Origin: Hungatella sp.
GTDB lineage: Bacteria > Bacillota > Clostridia > Lachnospirales > Lachnospiraceae
Length of the DNA: 64,000 bases
Assembly (NCBI GenBank): GCA_031270005.1
Contig: JAISYJ010000137.1
Span: 34,087 to 98,086, forward strand
Reading direction: 5' to 3'
Shown here: positions 10,449-19,856 of the stretch, one piece after another
Layout of the letters: every line of letters starts with the position of its first letter
How positions within the stretch are numbered: the stretch's first letter is position 1
Program-made: the position numbers and the translations under genes
The notes under the pieces: model-generated
Seen by the model: only the letters and a program-made list of their open reading frames with translations
Told to the model about the DNA's origin: nothing
Database searches by the model: none

Positions 10449-10457
10449 TAAAAGAAA

Positions 10458-10949
10458 ATGGCAATTAGAAAGATCAGAACCATTGGAGATGAAATTTTAA
10501 GAAAACACTGCAAGCCTGTAAAGGAAATCACACCAAGGATCAGCGAGCTGATCGTGGATATGTTTGAGACCATGTATGACTCGTGCGGAGTTGGCCTTGC
10601 AGCTTCCCAGGTGGGGATTTTAAAACAGATCGTAGTCATAGATGTAGATGATGGCAACCAATATGTACTTATTAATCCGGAAATCATGGAGACAAGGGGA
10701 AGCCAGACCGGGCCGGAAGGCTGCCTTAGTGTGCCTGGAAAATCCGGTACGGTCACAAGGCCTGATTACGTAAAAGTAAAGGCTTATGATGCTGCCATGG
10801 AGCCGTTTGAGTTGGAAGGGGAAGGATTTTTGGCCAGGGCAATCTGTCATGAATGTGATCATTTAAACGGTGATCTCTATGTGGATATCGTGGAAGGCGA
10901 GCTGGAGGATGTCTCCTTAGATGAGGAAGAAGGAGAGGTTGAAGAATAA
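10458..10949 (+). CDS. def: Peptide deformylase
   Basis: GVGLAASQVG, EGCLS, HECDH motifs. Confidence 0.97.
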   Translation: MAIRKIRTIGDEILRKHCKPVKEITPRISELIVDMFETMYDSCGVGLAASQVGILKQIVVIDVDDGNQYVLINPEIMETRGSQTGPEGCLSVPGKSGTVTRPDYVKVKAYDAAMEPFELEGEGFLARAICHECDHLNGDLYVDIVEGELEDVSLDEEEGEVEE

Positions 10950-10951
10950 TT

Positions 10952-11986
10952 ATGCGTATCATATTTATGGGAACACCTGATTTTTCTGTTCCCGCTCTTG
11001 AGGCTTTAAAAGAGGCCGGGCATGAAATTCTTGCGGTAGTTACCCAGCCGGACAAACCCAAAGGAAGAGGGAAGGAAATCCAGATGACTCCGGTAAAGGA
11101 GAAAGCAATGGAATACCACATCCCTGTTTATCAGCCAGTCAAGGCCAGGGATCCGGAATTTGTTAAAATTCTATCAGATCTGGAACCGGAACTGATCGTA
11201 GTAATTGCTTTTGGACAGATTCTGCCAAAGGCGATTCTGGATATTCCAAAATATGGATGTGTGAATATCCATGCATCTCTGCTCCCTAAATACCGTGGCG
11301 CATCTCCCATACAGTATGCGGTCATTAACGGGGAAAAGGAAAGCGGGGTCACGATCATGATGATGGCGGAAACCCTGGATACCGGAGATATGCTGGATCA
11401 GGAAGCCATTGCTTTAGATAAAAAAGAAACCTTCGGAAGCCTTCATGATAAGCTGAGCAGTCTGGGAAGCAGGCTTATTTTGAAAACCATAATAAAGCTG
11501 GAAGAAGGGACTGCCGTACGTACGCCTCAGGATGATTTAAAGACCTGCTACGTAGGCATGATAAAAAAGTCCATGGGAGATATTGACTGGTCCATGGATG
11601 CAGTATCCATTGAACGCCTGATCCGCGGCTTAAATCCATGGCCCAGTGCTTATACTGTCTGGAATGGAAAAGTGATGAAACTGTGGGAAGCAGAGGTAGT
11701 GGATAAAGAGTATGAGGGGGCTTACGGCCAGGTAGTAGAGGCTGGCCGGGACTCTCTGGTCATAAAGACCGGGAAAGGCAGCCTGTCCATACGAAAACTT
11801 CAGCTGCAGGGAAAAAAATGCATGGAAATTGATGCATTTCTCCGCGGATACCAGATTGCGGAAGGTACCGTTTTGGAGCGCCTCGCAGGCACATCTTCAT
11901 GCAGCGTGGGCAAGAAAGTGGAACGCCCTGCGGGCATACCTTTATGCCCAGAAAGCGTGGGCAAGAAAGTGGAAAGGAGAATCTGA
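10952..11986 (+). CDS. fmt: Methionyl-tRNA formyltransferase with repeat-derived ~35-aa C-terminal extension
   Basis: MRIIFMGTPDFS, NIHASLLPKYRGASP, RGLNPWP motifs; the last ~35 codons run through two family-1 repeats. Confidence 0.96.
   Translation: MRIIFMGTPDFSVPALEALKEAGHEILAVVTQPDKPKGRGKEIQMTPVKEKAMEYHIPVYQPVKARDPEFVKILSDLEPELIVVIAFGQILPKAILDIPKYGCVNIHASLLPKYRGASPIQYAVINGEKESGVTIMMMAETLDTGDMLDQEAIALDKKETFGSLHDKLSSLGSRLILKTIIKLEEGTAVRTPQDDLKTCYVGMIKKSMGDIDWSMDAVSIERLIRGLNPWPSAYTVWNGKVMKLWEAEVVDKEYEGAYGQVVEAGRDSLVIKTGKGSLSIRKLQLQGKKCMEIDAFLRGYQIAEGTVLERLAGTSSCSVGKKVERPAGIPLCPESVGKKVERRI
11878..11974 (+). repeat. Family-1 junction repeat: two tandem copies inside the fmt 3' end
   Basis: GCGCCTCGCAGGCACATCTTCATGCAGCGTGGGCAAGAAAGTGGA and ACGCCCTGCGGGCATACCTTTATGCCCAGAAAGCGTGGGCAAGAAAGTGGAA. 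Confidence 0.9.
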
Positions 11987-11988
11987 TT

Positions 11989-12705
11989 ATGTATTATGGC
12001 GGCATGATGGGATATTATTGGGATCCGACCTGGATCCTTGTCATCATTGGAGCAGTTCTTTCCATGGTGGCATCTGCAAGGGTGAATAGTACATTTAATA
12101 AATATTCAAAAGTGAGAAGTATGTCCGGGATGACAGGAGCAGAAGCGGCAAAACGCCTTTTAAATTCCCAGGGCATTTATGATGTTCAGGTAAGGTCTGT
12201 AGGCGGGCAGCTTACGGATCATTATGATCCAAGAACCAAAACCGTTAATCTGTCGGATTCTGTTTACGGCTCCACATCAGTGGCGGCAATCGGTGTTGCG
12301 GCTCATGAATGCGGTCATGTTATGCAGGACAGCACAGGCTATATTCCCTTAAAACTCCGGGCAGCCATTGTTCCTGCGGCCAATATTGGCTCCAAGGCAG
12401 CACTGCCTCTCATTATTCTCGGCGTCATTATAGGGGGAATCGGTTCTCCCTTAGTTAATATCGGCCTGATCCTTTTTTCTGTGGCGGTTATTTTCCAGCT
12501 GGTCACCCTGCCTGTGGAATTTAATGCGTCCAGCCGGGCGGTCACTCTTTTGGGCCAGGTGGGAATCTTAGGCGATCAGGAGTTAGGTTATACCAGAAAA
12601 GTTCTGGGGGCTGCAGCCCTTACCTATGTAGCGGCGCTTGCTGCGACCGTACTTCAGCTTTTAAGGCTGGTTATCTTGTTCGGAGGAAGAAGGAATGATG
12701 ACTAA
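11989..12705 (+). CDS. YugP-family membrane zinc metallopeptidase
   Basis: LTDHYDPR, AAHECGH (HExxH), LPVEFNASSRA, AAALTYVAA motifs; start ATG 11989 after AAGGAG. Confidence 0.9.
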   Translation: MYYGGMMGYYWDPTWILVIIGAVLSMVASARVNSTFNKYSKVRSMSGMTGAEAAKRLLNSQGIYDVQVRSVGGQLTDHYDPRTKTVNLSDSVYGSTSVAAIGVAAHECGHVMQDSTGYIPLKLRAAIVPAANIGSKAALPLIILGVIIGGIGSPLVNIGLILFSVAVIFQLVTLPVEFNASSRAVTLLGQVGILGDQELGYTRKVLGAAALTYVAALAATVLQLLRLVILFGGRRNDD

Positions 12706-14026
12706 GGAGACCGACAGCAGGGAAATTGCCCTGGATATCCTGTTAGAGATCCTGGAGCGAGGAGGCTACAGCCATATCATCCTGCGCCAGGCTTTAAATA
12801 AATATCAGTATCTGGATAAATCGGAACGGGCCTTTATTTCCAGGATAGCAGAAGGAACTGTGGAATACCTGCTTCAGATCGATTATATCATTGATTCCTT
12901 TTCCAACACAAAGGTTAAAAAGATGAAGCCGGTAATACGCACGATTCTGCGCATGTCGGTTTATCAGCTTCTTTATATGGACCGTGTTCCGGATTCCGCC
13001 GTATGCAACGAAGCGGTGAAGCTTGCCGTGAAACGGAAATTTACAGGATTAAAGGGCTTTGTCAATGGGGTACTGAGGAATATTTCCAGAAATAAAGAGG
13101 GCTTAAGCTGGCCGGATGATTCTGTCCGTTATTCCATGCCGGCATGGATCGTATCCATGTGGGAGGAAAGTTTTGGCCGGGAAACGGCAGTCACCATGAT
13201 GGAGTCCTTTTTAAAGGATAAAAAAACTACGGTCCGCTGCAATTTTGCAAAGGCTTCCAAGGAAGAAATCCTTAAAAGCCTTAAAAAGCAGGGGGCAGAA
13301 GTGAGTGAGTCCGGAATTTCGGAAGCAGTGCTTTGCATTGAAAAATATGATTACCTGGAAGGACTGGAAGCATTCCAAAAGGGGTATATCCAGGTTCAGG
13401 ATCTAAGCTCCAGCTTTGTAGGTGAGATCGCAGATCCGAAAAAGGGAGATTACGTCATTGACGTATGCGGCGCTCCTGGAGGAAAGAGCATTCATATAGC
13501 AGATAAGCTTGACGGAACAGGCATGGTGGAGGTCCGTGACTTAAGCTTCCAAAAGATAAGCATGGTTGAGGAAAATATTAAACGGTGCGGATTTTCAAAT
13601 ATCCGTACAAAGGTCCAGGACGCTCTTGCTGCAGATCCGGATTCAGTGGAAAAAGCGGACATTGTTATTGCTGACCTGCCTTGCTCCGGGCTTGGGATCA
13701 TCGGACGAAAGCCGGATATCAAATACCGTATGACGCCGGAAGACTTGGAATCCCTGGCAGCGCTCCAACGGGAGATTCTGGCAGTTATCCAGGCATATGT
13801 AAAACCGGGCGGGCGTCTGATTTTCAGTACATGTACCATAAACAGAAAAGAAAATGAAGAAAATGCCCAGTGGTTCCTTGAGCATTTTCCTTTTGACTGC
13901 ATAAGACTAAAGGGAAAGTTTGGAGAAAAGATGGATTCAGCCGCTGCGAACCAGGAATTTTTACAGCTTTTGCCGGGAATCCATCCCTGTGACGGATTTT
14001 TTATTGCGGCATTTCAAAAAAGGTAG
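12695..14026 (+). CDS. rsmB: 16S rRNA m5C967 methyltransferase
   Basis: N-terminal NusB-like domain; VQDLSS, DVCGAPGGKS, DLPCSGLG, FSTCT motifs. Confidence 0.95.
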   Translation: MMTKETDSREIALDILLEILERGGYSHIILRQALNKYQYLDKSERAFISRIAEGTVEYLLQIDYIIDSFSNTKVKKMKPVIRTILRMSVYQLLYMDRVPDSAVCNEAVKLAVKRKFTGLKGFVNGVLRNISRNKEGLSWPDDSVRYSMPAWIVSMWEESFGRETAVTMMESFLKDKKTTVRCNFAKASKEEILKSLKKQGAEVSESGISEAVLCIEKYDYLEGLEAFQKGYIQVQDLSSSFVGEIADPKKGDYVIDVCGAPGGKSIHIADKLDGTGMVEVRDLSFQKISMVEENIKRCGFSNIRTKVQDALAADPDSVEKADIVIADLPCSGLGIIGRKPDIKYRMTPEDLESLAALQREILAVIQAYVKPGGRLIFSTCTINRKENEENAQWFLEHFPFDCIRLKGKFGEKMDSAAANQEFLQLLPGIHPCDGFFIAAFQKR

Positions 14027-14077
14027 GGCCTTCAAGGCATACCTTTATGCCCAAAAAACGTGGGCAGAATAGAGGAA
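14027..14077 (+). repeat. Family-1 junction repeat, single copy
   Basis: GGCCTTCAAGGCATACCTTTATGCCCAAAAAACGTGGGCAGAATAGAGGAA fills the rsmB-rlmN gap. Confidence 0.9.
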
Positions 14078-14084
14078 ATATAGA

Positions 14085-15158
14085 ATGGATAAGATAGATA
14101 TAAAATCTCTGGATATGGAACACCTGATATCCTATATGGTGTCCATAGGAGAAAAGCCCTTCCGTGCAAAGCAGCTTTATGAATGGATGCACCAGAAGCT
14201 GGCTTCTGATTTTGATGAGATGACCAATCTTCCTAAATCGCTGAAAGAAAAGCTTTTGCAGCTTACAGAATTTACCTGCCTTACAGTCGTAGAGGAAAAG
14301 ATTTCAAAAATAGATGGAACAAGAAAATACTTATTTGCCCTTTCCGATGGAAATGTGATTGAAAGCGTTTTGATGAAATACAAACATGGAAATTCTGTCT
14401 GCATTTCATCCCAGGTAGGCTGCCGCATGGGCTGCCGGTTCTGTGCTTCCACACTTGACGGACTGGAAAGGAATTTAACTCCTTCTGAAATGCTTGACCA
14501 GATATACCGGATCCAAAAGATCACCGGGGAGCGGGTTTCCAATGTGGTGGTCATGGGATCCGGAGAACCTATGGATAATTATGATCATCTGGTTCAGTTC
14601 ATTCGTTTACTTACTGATGAAAACGGCCTGAATATCAGCCAGCGTAACATAACGGTGTCCACCTGCGGCATTGTTCCGGGAATTCTTCGACTGGCTGAAG
14701 AAGATTTACAGATCACTCTGGCTTTGTCTCTTCATGCACCAAATGACGAAGTCAGAAAAACCCTGATGCCTGTTGCCAACCGTTACCCCCTAAAAGAGGT
14801 GTTGGATGCCTGCCAGACGTATTTTGAAAAGACAGGGCGAAGGCTTACCTTTGAATACAGCCTTGTAAGCGGTGTCAATGATAATTTAAAAGAGGCAGCC
14901 GCCCTGACTGCTCTTATAAAAGGCCAGCACGGGCATGTGAATCTGATTCCGGTAAATCCTATTAAGGAGCGCAATTACGTGCAGTCAGACCGGAAGGCCA
15001 TAGAAGCCTTTAAAAATCTTCTTGAAAAAAATGGAATAAATGTTACTATAAGAAGAGAAATGGGACGGGATATTAACGGCGCCTGCGGGCAGCTGAGAAA
15101 AAGCTTTTTAACCGACTCAGGGAAGTCCCCCGCTTCAAATGCGCGGAGCATTAATTAG
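14085..15158 (+). CDS. rlmN: 23S rRNA m2A2503/tRNA m2A37 radical-SAM methyltransferase
   Basis: CISSQVGCRMGCRFCAS, MGSGEP, SLHA, ACGQL motifs. Confidence 0.97.
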   Translation: MDKIDIKSLDMEHLISYMVSIGEKPFRAKQLYEWMHQKLASDFDEMTNLPKSLKEKLLQLTEFTCLTVVEEKISKIDGTRKYLFALSDGNVIESVLMKYKHGNSVCISSQVGCRMGCRFCASTLDGLERNLTPSEMLDQIYRIQKITGERVSNVVVMGSGEPMDNYDHLVQFIRLLTDENGLNISQRNITVSTCGIVPGILRLAEEDLQITLALSLHAPNDEVRKTLMPVANRYPLKEVLDACQTYFEKTGRRLTFEYSLVSGVNDNLKEAAALTALIKGQHGHVNLIPVNPIKERNYVQSDRKAIEAFKNLLEKNGINVTIRREMGRDINGACGQLRKSFLTDSGKSPASNARSIN

Positions 15159-15206
15159 TGGGTAGGGGACTTGCCTGTATCAGGTGGAACTTGTACTCCA
15201 CCTGAT
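15123..15206. repeat. Two adjacent stem-loops at the rlmN 3' end; the first resembles an IS200/IS605-type end remnant
   Basis: AAGTCCCC...GGGGACTT enclosing AATGC-GCGGA-GCATT; then perfect TATCAGGTGGA-ACTTGTAC-TCCACCTGATA. Confidence 0.55.
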
Positions 15207-15297
15207 AAGCAGCAATCGCTGCTATTTGGTTATGCCCGGTGGAGCGGGGGCACGCTGTGAGCAAGTAGGGTCGCGGATTACTAATATCCGCTTGATA
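15207..15297 (+). repeat. Family-2 hairpin repeat (long form)
   Basis: AAGCAGCAATCGCTGCTATTTGGTTATGCCCGGTGGAGCGGGGGCACGCTGTGAGCAAGTAGGGTCGCGGATTACTAATATCCGCTTGA; closely matches 28694-28780. Confidence 0.9.
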
Positions 15298-15328
15298 TCA
15301 GAAGTGAAGAGGAAGTGAGAATGAAACG

Positions 15329-16072
15329 ATGAAAGCTTGCGCTATGACGGACACAGGAAGAGTCCGTACGGCCAATCAGGATTATGTCTATGCCCAGGCA
15401 GAGCCTTTGGGCACACTGCCCAACCTTTTTTTAGTTGCAGACGGCATGGGCGGTCATCAGGCCGGGGATTACGCCTCCAGATATATTGCTGAAAATCTGG
15501 TGGCTCACTTAAAACAGGCAGATTCGCCGGGGATTGTTCCACTTCTCCGGGAGGGAATCTTAAAGGTCAACGGAATGCTTTACCAGGAATCCTTAAAAAG
15601 TACAGAATTAAACGGCATGGGAACAACCCTGGTGGCAGCAGTGATCGAAGATTCTACCATGTACGTGGCCAATGTGGGAGACAGCCGTTTGTATCTGGTA
15701 AGGAATCGGCTGCAGCAGATCACAAAGGATCATTCCTACGTGGAAGAACTGGTGTCTTTAGGCCAGCTGGAGCGGGGAAGCCGGGATTACCGGGAAAAAA
15801 AGAATATTATAACAAGAGCGGTTGGTACAGAGGATAAGCTGGAGATTGATTTTTTTGAAGTCAGTCTGGAACCGGGGGATTATGTGCTCATGTGTTCCGA
15901 TGGACTCAGCAATATGCTTGAGGACGCTGAGATAGAAGAAATTATATGCTCAGAACTGGAGCTGCCGGAAAAGGCAGAAAAGTTGATTACAATAGCCAAT
16001 GATAATGGCGGAAAAGACAATATAGCTGTTGTTTTAATTGATCCGCAAATTGGCAGGGAGGTAAGCTTATGA
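15329..16072 (+). CDS. prpC: PP2C-family Ser/Thr protein phosphatase (Stp1/PrpC)
   Basis: RTANQD, VADGMGGH, GMGTT, NVGDSR, CSDGL, GGKDNI motifs; overlaps the kinase start (ATGA-type coupling). Confidence 0.93.
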   Translation: MKACAMTDTGRVRTANQDYVYAQAEPLGTLPNLFLVADGMGGHQAGDYASRYIAENLVAHLKQADSPGIVPLLREGILKVNGMLYQESLKSTELNGMGTTLVAAVIEDSTMYVANVGDSRLYLVRNRLQQITKDHSYVEELVSLGQLERGSRDYREKKNIITRAVGTEDKLEIDFFEVSLEPGDYVLMCSDGLSNMLEDAEIEEIICSELELPEKAEKLITIANDNGGKDNIAVVLIDPQIGREVSL

Positions 16073-18228
16073 TCTTAAGACCGGGGACATTTTTACAGGA
16101 CAGATATGAAATACTGGACCAGATCGGTTCCGGCGGGATGTCAGATGTATATAAGGCCCTGTGCCATAAATTAAACCGCCCTGTTGCCATAAAGGTCTTG
16201 AAGGAAGAATTCAGTTCAGACAGCGGTTTTGTCAGCAAGTTTAAAATGGAGGCCCAGGCGGCCGCCCGCCTTTCCCATCCCAACATCGTAAATATCTATG
16301 ATGTAGTGGATGAAGGGAATCTTCATTACATTGTTATGGAACTGATTGAAGGAATTACGTTAAAAAATTATATTACAAAAAAAGGCTGTCTTGATGTAAA
16401 AGAAGCAATCGGGGTTGCAATTTCCGTTGCACAGGGAATCGCGGCAGCTCATGAACAGGGAATCATACACCGGGATATTAAGCCTCAGAACATCATCATT
16501 GCCAGGGATGGAAAGGTGAAGGTGGCTGATTTTGGAATCGCCCGGGCAGCTTCCTCCCAGACCTTAAGCGCTACCGCAGTTGGCTCTGTCCATTACATAT
16601 CTCCCGAACAGGCAAGAGGCGGTTACAGCGATGTACGAAGCGATGTCTATTCTCTGGGAATCACCATGTACGAAATGGTGGCTGGCCGGGTCCCGTTTCA
16701 GGGAGATAATACAGTAACCGTTGCCCTGGCCCACTTGGAAGACCCCATAACGCCGCCCAGCTTTTATAATGAGAACATTCCGGTAGGACTTGAGAATATT
16801 ATTTTAAAATGTACCGAGAAAAAGCCGGAATACCGTTATGGAAGTATGCAGGAGGTCATATCCGACTTACGGAAGGCGCTTGTCAATCCTGACGGAGATT
16901 TTGTCCAGTACAATTCCCAGGTGGATGATTCCCAGACGGTCATCATAGGAAAGCCGGAGCTGGAACAGATCCGTTCCGGCCGTAAGGTACAGGCAGATCC
17001 TGTTGTAAACCGGAATGGAAACAGAAATCAGGAACAGCGTCCGGAGCGCCGCCAAGGAAAAAATGCAGGTGCGCAGCCGGGCAGCAGCAGAACCAGAAAA
17101 CAGGATTCTGAGGATGACATCAATCCCAAAATCGAACGGCTTTTGACCGCGGCAGGTGTTATGGTTGCTGTCCTCATTGTGGTCGTACTGGTCATTGTTT
17201 TCTCAAAGGTGGGAGGGTTATTCCGTTCTGGTTCCCCAAAGGAAACCGAATCAACTGCGGAGATTTCCACCGAAGAAACCTTAAGTGACAAAAAGGTGAA
17301 AATGACAAGCGTTGTGGGATTGGCAACGGATATTGCAGAGCAGAAGTTAAAGGACAATGGCGGCCTGTATATGAAGGTAAGCGATTACGTATTTCATGAT
17401 ACCATAGACAAGGGCGATATCGTGTCCCAGGACCCGGCTGAAGGGACTGTGATTGATAAGTATTCTGCGGTCTACGTAGTGGTCAGCAAGGGACCGGAGC
17501 ACGCAACCATTGACTTAACAAAGCTTGGACTTGAAAAGATGGATGGCACTTCTGCCAAAGCAGTACTGGAGGGCAATGGCCTGACAGTCAATGTGGAGCA
17601 GAAGAACAGCGAAACCGTTGTGTCAGGATATGTAATCAGCTATACCCCCGATGCGGCAAAAGAAGGTGAAACCGTAACTCTGGTTTTAAGCAGTGGTCCG
17701 GCTCTTGTCAATCCGGTCACGGTTCCGGATATTACCGGCCAGACTCAGGAGATTGCTGTGGAGATGCTGGCTGACGTGGGACTGGTACAGGGAACGGTTA
17801 CAGAAGCAGCCTCTGAGACAGTATTAAGGGGCAGTGTTATCAGCCAGTCCTTAACCGCTAACAGCCAGGTAGAGTCAGGAACTGCCGTGAATTATGTTAT
17901 CAGCAGCGGAACTGCCCAACAGTCCAAAGTCAAGTATCTGGCTTCTATTGAAAAGTCTTATCCCTTGCAAAACATTATCGGACCAGGCTCCGGCAGCACC
18001 CAGCTTACCTTAAAGATACAACTGAAGCAATCGGTAAATGGAAAAGACGAAATCAGAGAGCTTATGGGACCTGTTACCATGGCAGGCGACCAGGTGCTTC
18101 CTGTATCATTTAAAAATATTGAAGGCGCTTATGGCATTTCAAGCGGTACCGTAGAGATTGTAAATGTGGAGACTGGCGATGTGATTAATTCTTATGTCAT
18201 CACATTTATTCCGGTGCCACAATCGTAA
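16069..18228 (+). CDS. pknB: PASTA-domain Ser/Thr kinase (PknB/PrkC/Stk1)
   Basis: IGSGGMSDVY, HRDIKPQN, DFGIAR, GSVHYISPE; one TM segment; about three PASTA repeats. Confidence 0.96.
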   Translation: MILRPGTFLQDRYEILDQIGSGGMSDVYKALCHKLNRPVAIKVLKEEFSSDSGFVSKFKMEAQAAARLSHPNIVNIYDVVDEGNLHYIVMELIEGITLKNYITKKGCLDVKEAIGVAISVAQGIAAAHEQGIIHRDIKPQNIIIARDGKVKVADFGIARAASSQTLSATAVGSVHYISPEQARGGYSDVRSDVYSLGITMYEMVAGRVPFQGDNTVTVALAHLEDPITPPSFYNENIPVGLENIILKCTEKKPEYRYGSMQEVISDLRKALVNPDGDFVQYNSQVDDSQTVIIGKPELEQIRSGRKVQADPVVNRNGNRNQEQRPERRQGKNAGAQPGSSRTRKQDSEDDINPKIERLLTAAGVMVAVLIVVVLVIVFSKVGGLFRSGSPKETESTAEISTEETLSDKKVKMTSVVGLATDIAEQKLKDNGGLYMKVSDYVFHDTIDKGDIVSQDPAEGTVIDKYSAVYVVVSKGPEHATIDLTKLGLEKMDGTSAKAVLEGNGLTVNVEQKNSETVVSGYVISYTPDAAKEGETVTLVLSSGPALVNPVTVPDITGQTQEIAVEMLADVGLVQGTVTEAASETVLRGSVISQSLTANSQVESGTAVNYVISSGTAQQSKVKYLASIEKSYPLQNIIGPGSGSTQLTLKIQLKQSVNGKDEIRELMGPVTMAGDQVLPVSFKNIEGAYGISSGTVEIVNVETGDVINSYVITFIPVPQS

Positions 18229-18232
18229 GAAA

Positions 18233-18308
18233 ACACCCTGCGGGCATACCTTTACGCCCGATAAAGCGGGGCGAGTTTTGCCCAGAAAGCATGGGCAGGA
18301 AAAAGGAA
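18233..18308 (+). repeat. Family-1 junction repeat, long variant
   Basis: ACACCCTGCGGGCATACCTTTACGCCCGATAAAGCGGGGCGAGTTTTGCCCAGAAAGCATGGGCAGGAAAAAGGAA fills the pknB-rsgA gap. Confidence 0.92.
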
Positions 18309-18313
18309 AGTAT

Positions 18314-19192
18314 ATGACAGGAAAAATTTTGAAAGGAATCGCAGGCTTTTACTATGTCCACGGCACGGACGAAACCATCTATGAATGTAAGGCAAAGGGT
18401 ATATTCCGCAATAAAAACGTAAAACCTTTGGTTGGGGATGATGTGGCATTTTCTATTCTGGACAGTTTGGAAAAGAAAGGAAACATCGAACAGATCCTTC
18501 CAAGGAAAAATGTCCTGGTACGTCCGGCCGTAGCTAATGTGGATCAGGCCATGGTGCTGTTTGCCATCACCCAGCCGGAACCCAACTTAAATCTGCTGGA
18601 CCGTTTTCTGGTTATGATGGAAGTTCAGGAGGTTCCCGTAAAAATCTGTTTTAATAAAATTGATTTGGTTGGAAACGAGGAAATGCAGGCTCTTGGAGAA
18701 ATCTATGAGGCGGCAGGCTATCCCGTATTTTTTACCAGTACCTATGACGATCAGGGAATTGAGGAAATCAGGGAACTGGTGCGGGGAAAAACCACGGTTT
18801 TGGCAGGACCTTCCGGAGTAGGAAAGTCCTCCTTAACCAACCTTCTCTATCCCCAGGCTGAGATGGAGACTGCAGGTATCAGCGAGAAGATCCAGAGAGG
18901 AAAGCATACCACCAGGCATTCGGAGATTTTTGGCATCGGCCGGGATACGTACCTGATGGATACGCCGGGATTTAGTTCCATGTACTTAGATGACATGGAG
19001 TGTGGCCGGCTGAAAGATTATTTTCCGGAGTTTGAGCCCTATGAGGACGGATGCCGGTTTCTGGGCTGTGTGCACATAGGGGAAAAAACCTGCGGCGTAA
19101 AGGATGCGGTAGAAGAAGGAAAAATAAACCGGGGCCGATATGAAAACTACCGGCTTTTATATCAGGATCTAAAAGAGAAAAGGAGATATTAA
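18314..19192 (+). CDS. rsgA: Ribosome small subunit-dependent GTPase A
   Basis: NKIDL, GPSGVGKSS, GKHTTRH, DTPGF, CRFLGCVH Zn motif; start ATG 18314. Confidence 0.96.
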   Translation: MTGKILKGIAGFYYVHGTDETIYECKAKGIFRNKNVKPLVGDDVAFSILDSLEKKGNIEQILPRKNVLVRPAVANVDQAMVLFAITQPEPNLNLLDRFLVMMEVQEVPVKICFNKIDLVGNEEMQALGEIYEAAGYPVFFTSTYDDQGIEEIRELVRGKTTVLAGPSGVGKSSLTNLLYPQAEMETAGISEKIQRGKHTTRHSEIFGIGRDTYLMDTPGFSSMYLDDMECGRLKDYFPEFEPYEDGCRFLGCVHIGEKTCGVKDAVEEGKINRGRYENYRLLYQDLKEKRRY

Positions 19193-19193
19193 T

Positions 19194-19856
19194 ATGCTTA
19201 AACTTGCCCCTTCCATATTAGCGGCAGACTTTAAAATTCTTGGACAGCAGGTAGCGGAGGTAGCAGAGGCAGGTGCCCAGTACATTCATCTGGATGTGAT
19301 GGATGGTGCATTTGTGCCCAGCATTTCATTTGGAATGCCGGTTATTGGAAGCCTTCGGGGCTGCACGGACCGGTTTTTCGATGTTCACATGATGGTAGAG
19401 GAACCCGGAAGATATGTAAATGATATCAAAGAAGCGGGAGCTGATCTCATCTGTGTCCATGCGGAAGCCTGCACCCATCTGGACCGCACCATCAATCAGA
19501 TCAAGGAAGCAGGGTTAAAGGCAGGAGTGGCCCTTAATCCTGCGACTCCCTTATCTGTTCTTGACTTAATTCTCCCGGAAGTGGATATGGTTTTAATTAT
19601 GACGGTAAATCCAGGTTTTGGCGGACAAAAATTCATTCCTTATACCCTGGATAAAGTGAGGGCTTTGAGGCGAATCTGCAGGGAACGGAATCTTCAGACG
19701 GATATCCAGGTTGACGGAGGCGTGACTTGTGATAATGTGAGAGAACTGATTGAAGCAGGCGCTAATGTATTTGTGGCCGGTTCAGCCGTGTTTAAAGGAG
19801 ATGCTGCCGCCAATACAAAGGCATTCTTAAAAATATTTGAGGAATATGAAGGGTGA
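19194..19856 (+). CDS. rpe: Ribulose-phosphate 3-epimerase
   Basis: LAPSILAADF, HLDVMDG, DVHMM, MTVNPGFGGQ, VDGG motifs. Confidence 0.97.
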   Translation: MLKLAPSILAADFKILGQQVAEVAEAGAQYIHLDVMDGAFVPSISFGMPVIGSLRGCTDRFFDVHMMVEEPGRYVNDIKEAGADLICVHAEACTHLDRTINQIKEAGLKAGVALNPATPLSVLDLILPEVDMVLIMTVNPGFGGQKFIPYTLDKVRALRRICRERNLQTDIQVDGGVTCDNVRELIEAGANVFVAGSAVFKGDAAANTKAFLKIFEEYEG

